Below are positions 44,103 through 51,083 of a stretch of 64,000 bases of DNA, one piece after another; positions within the stretch are counted from its first letter, which is position 1, and each line of letters starts with the position of its first letter. The position numbers were made by a program, and so were the translations under genes. The notes beneath the pieces were generated by a model that saw only the letters and a list, made by a program, of their open reading frames with translations, did no database searches and had not been told where the DNA came from. This DNA is from a virus, in IMG/VR virus record IMGVR_UViG_3300045988_090463, positions 12,472-76,471 of that record. One strand, 5' to 3'.

Positions 44103-44185
44103 CGGTGCATCCGTGATTCGAACACGGACAACATTTCTGTTGGAAGACTTAGCAAGTCTCTCTGTTACCATTACAGCAATGCACC
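44103..44185 (-). tRNA. tRNA-Ser (GCU), type II
   Basis: Hand-folded: acceptor GGTGCAT/ATGCACC, D-arm CTGT-AATGGTA-ACAG, anticodon loop TTGCTAA, long variable arm CAACA-GAAA-TGTTG, T-arm CCGTG-TTCGAAT-CACGG. Confidence 0.8.
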
Positions 44186-44263
44186 ACTTAACTAACCAAA
44201 TCTGATTTTATTGTATCGTCAAAAAATCAAAAAAAACGGTGGGAACCTTATTCGCAAGAGCTA

Positions 44264-44288
44264 CGCCCACAAGTGGAATCGAACCACT
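44264..44288 (-). ncRNA. orphan tRNA 3' fragment (T-arm plus 3' acceptor strand) fused to a terminator hairpin
   Basis: AGTGG-TTCGATT-CCACT then TGTGGGCG. No matching 5' acceptor strand within 300 nt. GTGGG...CCCAC followed by T8. Confidence 0.3.
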
Positions 44289-44521
44289 ACGCTGCACCTA
44301 ACTCGCTCCGTATGTTTTATATAAGAAAACCAGAAAGAAAACCACTTCTCTATCCTGCTATACACTGTTTGGAAGAACCATTTCAAGCACGTTCACTTAT
44401 TGACTACTAGAGGAAATTCACTTTGCCGATAAGTAATACATACTCGGAACTCGGCCAACATTCTGCCATGTATTACCCTGTGCTTTTCCTACCACCAAAC
44501 TTTCAGTCTCCAAACAGTGAA

Positions 44522-44605
44522 TGGGAGAAGATGGAGTCGAACCATCCGAACCACAATGGCAACAGATTTACAGTCTGCCCCGCTACCTCTACGGAATATT
44601 CTCCC
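44522..44605 (-). tRNA. tRNA-Tyr (GUA), type II
   Basis: Acceptor GGGAGAA/TTCTCCC, anticodon arm GCAGA-CTGTAAA-TCTGT, long variable arm, T-arm GATGG-TTCGACT-CCATC. The D-arm is slightly irregular. Confidence 0.75.
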
Positions 44606-44919
44606 AAAACCCGGATTCCCGGGTTAGCAATATGTTTATCGTGTTATGCTTTCCACTAGGCTGTTTTATGCTGTGTCAGTCACACAGAGTTGTTTCGGAT
44701 ATTATTATGCCTTTTTGGGCTATTTTATGCTTCTTGAAAACTCCCTTGTCATCAATGCGCGCTTGTGATGGCTTATTGAAACTAAGAAACATTCATCGGA
44801 CGGGAAATCAGATCAAGCACAAGCCTATGCCGTTACATATCTTTGCTCATTCTGATTCACATACGCTCATCCGAAAGTTTTTTCTGCCCATAAAACGGAT
44901 GGGCAGCATATGGAAGAAA

Positions 44920-44992
44920 TGGAAATTCTGAGATTCGAACTCAGGACTTCCCGGTTATGAGCCGGGCGTTCTAACCACTGAACTAAATTTCC
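44920..44992 (-). tRNA. tRNA with a CAU anticodon (elongator Met or Ile2)
   Basis: Acceptor GGAAATT/AATTTCC with a G1-C72 pair, D-arm GTTC-AGTGGTTA-GAAC, anticodon arm CCCGG-CTCATAA-CCGGG, T-arm CTGAG-TTCGAAT-CTCAG. Confidence 0.85.
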
Positions 44993-45214
44993 TGAGTAGA
45001 AAATATTACCAGCACCTCAAAGCCATATTTTCTACTGTTGCGATTCTTTGCCACCAGTCGCAACAAAGGCTCCCTTTTTTGGTTTTGCTGTCACCTATAC
45101 GGGAATCCCATCCGGGACGTTTGAAGCCCCTTTAGGCAGCTCCGTTGAGCTAGATGGGTATCGGAGGGTCTATGTGAAATAAACCATTGCCAGGTACATG
45201 CGCAACCCGACAAA

Positions 45215-45286
45215 TGGGGCTAGTGGGATTCGAACCCGCGAATACAGCAGTCAAAGTGCTGTGCCTTACCACTTGGCGATAGCCCT
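45215..45286 (-). tRNA. tRNA-Gln (UUG)
   Basis: TCGCCAAGTGGTAAGGCA D-region, anticodon arm CAGCA-CTTTGAC-TGCTG, T-loop TTCGAAT. A1:C72 and one C:A mismatch in the T-stem. Confidence 0.7.
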
Positions 45287-45565
45287 AAAATCTTTCTCCC
45301 ACTCCGCACCATTACAAAAGCAGGAGAAAGAATTGTGTGTGATATAATTACTATTTCTGCAATGCAAACAATATATATGTGGAGAAAATCGAATTTAATA
45401 TAATCGACTACAGAAATTTTTTTACACTAAGTTGGATGTAAAGAATATTTGCTTGCGTACCGCTCCACAATCGGGCAAGCGTATCCTTCCGGTTTGATTA
45501 TAGGTTTAACCCGTTCTATGATAAAAAACGGAATAATCCTCGCAGGAAATGCTAAAAGCATATTT

Positions 45566-45745
45566 TTACCTCGCTGTGCAGATTAATATGGTATTCAGAA
45601 TGAGTCCTAATTCCAACACTGTAAAGAAGAAAGTAGAAAACATCGGTATTTTCTTCTCACTAATTTGCGTCATGAGGAATGCAGTTAACGTTGTGAATAC
45701 TATTATGTTAATCGCTACTGCAATGATCGTTAATGGTAATCTCAT
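45566..45745 (-). CDS. small two-TM membrane protein (59 aa)
   Basis: Own translation MRLPLTIIAVAINIIVFTTLTAFLM.... SD GGAGAGG. ATGA coupling. Preferred over the plus-strand ORF 45549-45764. Confidence 0.45.
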   Translation of the reverse strand: MRLPLTIIAVAINIIVFTTLTAFLMTQISEKKIPMFSTFFFTVLELGLILNTILICTAR

Positions 45746-46125
45746 TTTTCCTCTCCAATCATAAAATTAAGTATCTTCTCTGCGATTTCTTCTTCCGGCT
45801 CAAATGGTAATCCACAGTAATTGTAATGCTCTAAGGCCGATTTTAGGCTTGCTTTGAATCCACGGTAAATTTCCCCGTGTTGTAACAGTTCATGCCTTAA
45901 AACTGAAACTGCATCAGTAATTGATTGAGAAGTGAAACTAATTTGTGCCAAGCACTCCATTTCAATATCCGGCTCTGCCACCATCTCGAATACAAATGTC
46001 GGAAGCTCGTCAACAGCAACATGGAAATCAACAGACTTTACTCTTGGGACTTCATGTCCGTCAATAAAGCACTGTGTCCCCATCCAGTTATACGGACTCG
46101 GATTTATAATTTTCACAACAGGCAT
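45742..46125 (-). CDS. hypothetical protein (127 aa)
   Basis: Start MPVVKI after AGGGGA. Confidence 0.45.
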   Translation of the reverse strand: MPVVKIINPSPYNWMGTQCFIDGHEVPRVKSVDFHVAVDELPTFVFEMVAEPDIEMECLAQISFTSQSITDAVSVLRHELLQHGEIYRGFKASLKSALEHYNYCGLPFEPEEEIAEKILNFMIGEEK

Positions 46126-46456
46126 CTTTGCATCCCCTTTCCTGTGCTTTGCAATACGCCAGAAGATGTTCTGCAATCTCCTGAAGCTGATTTGAGTCGT
46201 ATTTCGGGCAAGTTAATGGTCCTTTATCCCCTAAGTCAACACTTACTTCGGCATTAATCAGCATCGTTGCTACATCAATCGGTTTATCTGGAAGCATTAA
46301 ATCGTCCTGATTCTTCTTGCCACCGATAACGCATTCGATTCTGTCGGCTCTTACCATTGTGTAATTTTTTATTTTATTAAAATCCGGTTTTTCGTCCGTT
46401 AAGATTGCTTTTCCATTCTCAGTGTATACATAATAAACTTTCTTGTTACTATTCAT
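46088..46456 (-). CDS. hypothetical protein (122 aa)
   Basis: ORF in the operon. Confidence 0.45.
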   Translation of the reverse strand: MNSNKKVYYVYTENGKAILTDEKPDFNKIKNYTMVRADRIECVIGGKKNQDDLMLPDKPIDVATMLINAEVSVDLGDKGPLTCPKYDSNQLQEIAEHLLAYCKAQERGCKDACCENYKSESV

Positions 46457-46899
46457 GCTTCCTCTACCTCCCCAAAATATTTCTTGTATAATTCATAATC
46501 GTTTTTGCCGATTAGGGCTTTAACTGTGAGTTCTTGTTCTATGCGAAGATTACTATACGTAAAGATTGTTTTCAAAACCTGTATACAATAACTTCCAACA
46601 TCAGTGATTATTCCGCTTTCGGTCTCGATTCTCTCTTCAGCTGAGAACCAATGCCTATTCGAAGTTAAGAAATAAACCCTTTGCGTGCTTACTCCAAACG
46701 ATATATGTTCCAAGCTTGATTCGTCCGTAAAAACCTTTTTTGCAGATTCTGTATCGTACAACATTTCATTTTCAAGAACAGCTTTCTTGTGATGATATTC
46801 ATATACATTGTCATGCATTAAAGGTTTTTCAAGCGGATGCACGTCAAATTCTCCAGAAAAGCCTTTTTTATATTTAAAAAAATTTTTGAATATCGACAT
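46453..46899 (-). CDS. hypothetical protein (148 aa)
   Basis: Start MSIFKNFF after GGAAGAGG. Confidence 0.45.
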   Translation of the reverse strand: MSIFKNFFKYKKGFSGEFDVHPLEKPLMHDNVYEYHHKKAVLENEMLYDTESAKKVFTDESSLEHISFGVSTQRVYFLTSNRHWFSAEERIETESGIITDVGSYCIQVLKTIFTYSNLRIEQELTVKALIGKNDYELYKKYFGEVEEA

Positions 46900-46903
46900 T
46901 TGC

Positions 46904-47059
46904 CTACCTCTTCCGAAAATATTCTGCCAGGGCTTCACGAGTGATCTGTGACACGCTCTTGCCGGTTCGGTTCTTCTCAGCTATGAGTTTTCGTTCTAGC
47001 TGGTACGGAATACGAATTCTGATTGATTCGCCCTGAGGATTGCTATAGGTTTTTCTCAT
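46904..47059 (-). CDS. ribbon-helix-helix protein (51 aa), paralog 2
   Basis: Own translation MRKTYSNPQGESIRIRIPYQLERKLIAEKNRTGKSVSQITREALAEYF. Confidence 0.5.
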   Translation of the reverse strand: MRKTYSNPQGESIRIRIPYQLERKLIAEKNRTGKSVSQITREALAEYFRKR

Positions 47060-47063
47060 ATTG

Positions 47064-48230
47064 TCACACCGCCTTTCTCGGACGGCCTTTCGCCATTTTA
47101 GGAGTATTCAATGCTTCTTCTACAGTCATGCCTTTTTGATTATGCCTATAATTAAATGTTTCTACAGAAATTCCGTATTGCTTACAAATATCAGATTTCG
47201 GTACCATTTCCCCTCCGAACAAAATCATCGCCGTCTTTTTCTTGTTTTTTCGTTTCTTCCATTCGGAAGGAGGTCTTTTATTTTTCTGTTGTTCAACATT
47301 AGTAATCCATCGGCAATTGTTGGGTTCATAATTTCCGTTTACGTCTATTCTGTCAATCGTGCATTCTCCAAACGGAGCATTTTCATCATATCCATGTTTA
47401 TAGGCCCATTCTTTGAATATCGAATAGTCATGCCATTCATCGCATAATTTAATTCCACGTCCGCCATAATTGTAATAGTTAGAAGCAGTAATGGACTCGC
47501 ATCTTCGCTTTATATCCTGCCACACATGATACAGGCGATCATTACTTCCACCATGGGTTCGGCTAGAATCACTATGACGACATCCACAACTTTTTACCAT
47601 CCCTGAAACTAATTCAATCGGTCTTACGTTCTTAATATTCCCGCAATCACACCGGCATTTAAACCTTTTAATTTCACCAGGATCATTTATTCCTATCACC
47701 GTTAGGAAACCAAAATGTTTCCCGATATAAGTTCCATCGTATTTAATATTCGAAAAATGTTTATGGCACTTCTGATCTTTCCACTTCCCTGCATGCATCA
47801 TGCTAAAAGAAACATCTTTAAATGCTCCGCATTCTCTACAAACCATACGAATCTTAATAGGATTCTGTTCTATTATTTTTGAAGCAGTGTAATCTCCATA
47901 CTGTTTCCCTATTTCGGATTCAAGTAGGTCTTTTTTAATTTTTCGAGATTTTTCAAGCTCTGCATTTCGTCTTTTCTTTCGACATTTAGGACATGCCTTT
48001 ATAAGTTCACTCCATTTATTTCTGCCTTTTATCATTCCTCTCTGGATTTCATTTCCGCATGTAACGCATTTAAGTTTAACTACTCTGGCTTTAGTATATG
48101 GATTGTATGAAATATCAATAATTTTGTAGTCACCATTTACTGTGCCAATACGCTTTTGATAATATTCAATCATTTGAGAAATATTTTCTTTGCTAATTCC
48201 GTATGAAACTAACTCTTCTACGCTGTTCAT
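47064..48230 (-). CDS. multi-zinc-ribbon protein with a C-terminal HNH-like / AP2-like DNA-binding module
   Basis: Several CxxC pairs. C-terminal RLYHVWQDIKRRC...YGGRGIKLCDEW...TIDRIDVNGNYEPNNCRWIT..EQQKN. Confidence 0.45.
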   Translation of the reverse strand: MNSVEELVSYGISKENISQMIEYYQKRIGTVNGDYKIIDISYNPYTKARVVKLKCVTCGNEIQRGMIKGRNKWSELIKACPKCRKKRRNAELEKSRKIKKDLLESEIGKQYGDYTASKIIEQNPIKIRMVCRECGAFKDVSFSMMHAGKWKDQKCHKHFSNIKYDGTYIGKHFGFLTVIGINDPGEIKRFKCRCDCGNIKNVRPIELVSGMVKSCGCRHSDSSRTHGGSNDRLYHVWQDIKRRCESITASNYYNYGGRGIKLCDEWHDYSIFKEWAYKHGYDENAPFGECTIDRIDVNGNYEPNNCRWITNVEQQKNKRPPSEWKKRKNKKKTAMILFGGEMVPKSDICKQYGISVETFNYRHNQKGMTVEEALNTPKMAKGRPRKAV

Positions 48231-48244
48231 CTTCGGACACTCCT

Positions 48245-48400
48245 TTAACTTAACTTCTGAGTTATTAAATTTCGAATGATTTGTGAAATACTCAGCCCTG
48301 TTTGAAATGATTCCCTTTCAAGTTTTGCTCTCATATCATCAGTGATACGAATACGAATTGATTCACCTTTGGGATTGTTAGTTGGTCTTCCTTTTGGCAT
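48245..48400 (-). CDS. ribbon-helix-helix protein (51 aa), paralog 1
   Basis: Start MPKGRPTNNPKGESIRIRITDDMRAKLE after AAGGAG. Shares GESIRIRI with the ORF at 46904-47059. Confidence 0.5.
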   Translation of the reverse strand: MPKGRPTNNPKGESIRIRITDDMRAKLERESFQTGLSISQIIRNLITQKLS

Positions 48401-48485
48401 ATTGCATCTCCTTATTATGTAGGACAAAAGTAATAAATCAGATTTACTCAGAGCACTCATTAGGCCGTTCGGGGCATCCATATAC

Positions 48486-48592
48486 ACCCCCCTCCCGGGT
48501 CTGTCTCTGGTGACGCTGACCGGGCAACCCTTTGCCCCATGGGTTCCCGTTGTCCCGGTCTAAACGCTGCTTTTCGGATGCCTTCGGCAGTG
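48486..48592. other. GC-rich element with nested and mutually exclusive helices
   Basis: Helices CCCGGGTC/GACCGGG, GGGCAA/TTGCCC, ACCGGG/CCCGGT and AACCC/GGGTT, plus TGCC-TTCG-GGCA. Embedded in a 399-nt AT-rich gap. Confidence 0.35.
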
Positions 48593-48799
48593 ATCAAGGA
48601 AATTATAATGCATATCAATTTTCAGAATATTACATCTATTTAATAAACACTTGTTTTTTAAATAGACTGCTATACATCATGCACAAATTCAACTGTTATA
48701 TATGTGCATATTTACTAAATACTGCCATGTCTACCGCTTTTCGGCCTGTTTGTTCGTCATCTGCGTACATTTCAACGATCTTGTGTACGTTCCACGCTG

Positions 48800-49408
48800 T
48801 TATAACTCCGGCTTTTCCATCTCTGGAAGCTCCAGAACATCCTTGTACTTGTCTGCGATCTGCTGCGCTGTCTGCTGTGGTATACCCTGTTGCTGTCCTA
48901 CTTGTACTGGTGCTGTCTCAGCCATTCCGTAAGCTGCTTTTGCAACGAATATCAAGTTGGCATTTGTGCCGGCCTGATTATTGAGCCGGTTAATCGTGCA
49001 ATTCTTGCAAATATCGAACCATTTTTTTACCGTGTCGCCATGTGGCGAGGCGGTTCTGTATTGCCCATTCATCCAACATGTAAAAGTTCTACGTTCTATT
49101 CCCACTAAAAAGCTAAATACTTCTAACGTCGGTAGCACTCCATATCTAGTGCATATTCTGACATATATATTAAATATACTGTCTAACAGTTCTATGTTAT
49201 TATTACTAGGTTTCTGTATTTTATCGGCTATATAAAAAATCATATCTACGAAACTATCAGCAATAACAGATCTATATTCTTTCTGTGTATCATAATCTTC
49301 TGGCGATACCTGTAATACAGTGCTTATATATTCGTCCACAAGTCTATATATATCACTCTCATATACTTCAATTCCCTGATCTGTTATAACTGTATTATTA
49401 TTCTTCAC
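48800..49408 (-). CDS. terS: terminase small subunit-like protein
   Basis: The pattern YGVLPTLEVFSFLVGIERRTFTCWM...NANLIFVAKAAYGMAE resembles Terminase_2-type small subunits. First gene after the late-type promoter. Confidence 0.55.
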   Translation of the reverse strand: MKNNNTVITDQGIEVYESDIYRLVDEYISTVLQVSPEDYDTQKEYRSVIADSFVDMIFYIADKIQKPSNNNIELLDSIFNIYVRICTRYGVLPTLEVFSFLVGIERRTFTCWMNGQYRTASPHGDTVKKWFDICKNCTINRLNNQAGTNANLIFVAKAAYGMAETAPVQVGQQQGIPQQTAQQIADKYKDVLELPEMEKPEL

Positions 49409-49454
49409 TGTATCACCTCGCTTTATAACGTTAATCTATAAAAACATTGCAAAT

Positions 49455-49508
49455 AAAAAAGCACAGAAAAACATGTGAGCCATTGTTTCGGCTCCTGTTA
49501 TCCTGTGC
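49455..49508 (-). terminator. promoter-proximal hairpin plus U6 upstream of terS
   Basis: GCACAG...CTGTGC with inner GAGCC/GGCTC, followed by TTTTTTAT. Confidence 0.4.
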
Positions 49509-49551
49509 AAAATGCGTTAAAAATATATTCCGTTTTCGTGTCTATTAACAG

Positions 49552-49580
49552 TATTAACATACAAGTTGTTATTCTGTCAA
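49552..49580 (-). promoter_or_regulatory. late-type promoter TTGACA-17 nt-TTAATA
   Basis: Minus sense TTGACAGAATAACAACTTGTATGTTAATA, about 45 nt upstream of the hairpin. Confidence 0.5.
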
Positions 49581-49715
49581 CTATTTTTTAAAATTTCTAG
49601 TTAATCTCATATAACACCATATACTATATCTATGTATATTATTATACTATATCTCTATATACTGTATATAATTATATATAATAATTATTATTAATCAACT
49701 CTAACCTTAGGGAAT

Positions 49716-49894
49716 CTATGGAGGGATAATAAAAGATATTAACATACAGTAGTGTACTGGTAATCTATTAATATATAATATATATATCCCTATTAGGCAC
49801 ATAAAAAGCCAGACCTTCCGGCGCTGATCCGACATGATCTGGCTGCAAATTATCGTTATTTTTTTCGCGTCAGCTGCTCCAACTATCCCTCCAT
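49716..49894. repeat. 11-bp perfect inverted repeat ATGGAGGGATA / TATCCCTCCAT flanking an AT-rich core
   Basis: Arms at 49718-49728 and 49884-49894. TATA-rich direct repeats lie at 49600-49690. Confidence 0.5.
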
Positions 49895-49975
49895 GAGTTC
49901 CCCGCGGCCGTCGTTGGTGTGAGTATAGCGCACTATCGAATCGAAAGTCAAGTGCAAAAAAAATAAATTTTCCTC

Positions 49976-50005
49976 TTGACAACTTCGTGCGTACTGTGTT
50001 ATATG
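49976..50005 (+). promoter_or_regulatory. consensus plus-strand promoter with an A-tract UP element
   Basis: TTGACA-17/18 nt-TGtTATAT(G), preceded by GCAAAAAAAATAAATTTT. Confidence 0.6.
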
Positions 50006-50011
50006 TGTTAT

Positions 50012-50151
50012 AACAGCTTTGGCGGTTGGCTGTTAATGGGCGTATATTATGCGCTATCTCTCCAAAAGCCGCCATAAGTATGCTATTCAATTTATTGAAT
50101 GCATTTCTATGAGAGAGTAACCAACGTTCGTTGTTGGTTACTCTTTTTTTG
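50012..50151 (+). ncRNA. candidate ~140-nt small RNA
   Basis: Bounded by the promoter at 49976 and a perfect 12-bp terminator. No SD-preceded ORF. Internal helices AACAGC/GCTGTT, TGGCGG/CCGCCA and ATTCAA/TTGAAT. Confidence 0.4.
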
Positions 50152-50328
50152 TTCTTCTCTATACAATTTTCTTTCGTTCAATAGTTTTTGCAAGTCGCAA
50201 TTGCAGCCACGCCGAATGTCCACTTCGTATCTTCTAATTTGCAACTGTTTTTTTCTGCAATAATCTGAACATACATTCGAAGACGTGCCATTCCAAAAAG
50301 ATTTTCCACAATATCTGCAAATTTTTAT
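50107..50328 (-). CDS. zinc-ribbon protein ORF lacking a canonical start (ATA/ATT start or TAA read-through)
   Basis: In frame after the TAA of the upstream gene: K-I-K-I-CRYCGKSFWNGTSSNVCSDYCRKK.... GGAGG lies 8 nt before the ATA. Confidence 0.3.
   Translation of the reverse strand: MKICRYCGKSFWNGTSSNVCSDYCRKKQLQIRRYEVDIRRGCNCDLQKLLNERKLYREEQKKSNQQRTLVTLS
50114..50151 (+). terminator. rho-independent terminator (plus sense only)
   Basis: AGAGTAACCAAC-gttcgtt-GTTGGTTACTCT followed by T7. Confidence 0.75.
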
Positions 50329-50331
50329 TTT

Positions 50332-50643
50332 TTAATCCTCCCATTTTGTTTTCTTTCCAAGACCATGAATATATTTTTCGGTTGCTTCTATAAGTTCCAC
50401 GTTAGTACATCCAAGCCCGGCCATGTAATCATTTCCAGGATTGCAATGATTTTCGCAAAAATCAACTATCTCAGACCAATTACCAGTTTGATAATATGCA
50501 ATCTCTTCGCCGCCATCGTATTCTATCTGGATGTTATACCAACACGGAGTTTCTGTAATTCTGTAGATCACATCTTGATTGTCCTTTTTCAAACTTTTAA
50601 ATTTGTTCTCAAGCCACTCGATTGAGTTATATTTTATTGCCAT
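50332..50643 (-). CDS. hypothetical protein (103 aa)
   Basis: ORF driven by the promoter/operator copy at 50700-50728. Confidence 0.5.
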   Translation of the reverse strand: MAIKYNSIEWLENKFKSLKKDNQDVIYRITETPCWYNIQIEYDGGEEIAYYQTGNWSEIVDFCENHCNPGNDYMAGLGCTNVELIEATEKYIHGLGKKTKWED

Positions 50644-50699
50644 GTTCTTTTCTCTCCTTTTCTCTGTGAAGTTTTTAGTTGCTTTCTTTAACTGTCTTT

Positions 50700-50728
50700 A
50701 TTATAGCACTTATTAAACTATGCGTCAA
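50700..50728 (-). promoter_or_regulatory. promoter TTGACG-17 nt-TATAAT containing operator copy 1
   Basis: TTATTAAACTATGCGTCAA at 50710-50728, identical to 50985-51003. Confidence 0.6.
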
Positions 50729-50749
50729 GTATTTTATTGAACTATTCTA

Positions 50750-50944
50750 TTATTTTTTCATTCTTTCTATCTCTTTCTGGATGCACTCCAGGACAAACGC
50801 CGACATTTTTACGCCTTTGAGTTCGGCTGCTCTTTTTACGTCTTCCTTGGTTCCCTTTGGTGCCATTACTGTTATACGGTCGTACTTGTCTTTTTGATAT
50901 TGTGCAATATATGAAAGTTCCTTTTCTTTCTCTTTAAATGCCAT
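50750..50944 (-). CDS. Arc/CopG-type ribbon-helix-helix regulator
   Basis: 64 aa. KYDRITVMAPKGTKEDVKRAAELKGVKMSAFVLECIQKEI. Flanked by the repeated operator. Confidence 0.6.
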   Translation of the reverse strand: MAFKEKEKELSYIAQYQKDKYDRITVMAPKGTKEDVKRAAELKGVKMSAFVLECIQKEIERMKK

Positions 50945-50974
50945 TTATTAGCCCTCCTGTTATTGTTTGCTTTG

Positions 50975-51003
50975 ATTATATCATTTATTAAACTATGCGT
51001 CAA
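50975..51003 (-). promoter_or_regulatory. RHH-gene promoter TTGACG-17 nt-TATAAT containing operator copy 2
   Basis: The 19-nt repeat spans the -35 and the spacer. Confidence 0.6.
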
Positions 51004-51083
51004 TCGGCTGTGGGTTTTTATTTCGATATTTTTTTATTTCCTATTATATGTGCAGAAAAACACTATTTTAAAAATAATATATT

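Noticed and set aside
44264-44520. tRNA interrupted by a group I intron or an otherwise split tRNA, considered because a T-arm and 3' acceptor strand has no 5' half.
   Set aside because: No sequence complementary to TGTGGGC (even allowing G:U pairs) and no D-arm or anticodon-stem partner lie at the required distances. It is kept only as an orphan tRNA-like fragment.
44423-44931. Plus-strand ORFs of 78 and 136 aa in the ORF track.
   Set aside because: They run antisense across tRNA-Tyr and the structured spacers. They have no SD and their composition reflects the tRNA complement, so they are treated as spurious.
49716-50090. 124-aa minus-strand ORF in the ORF track.
   Set aside because: It spans the TATA-rich repeat region, the inverted repeats and a consensus plus-strand promoter. 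It has no SD and a low-complexity product, so the region is better explained as regulatory or packaging DNA.
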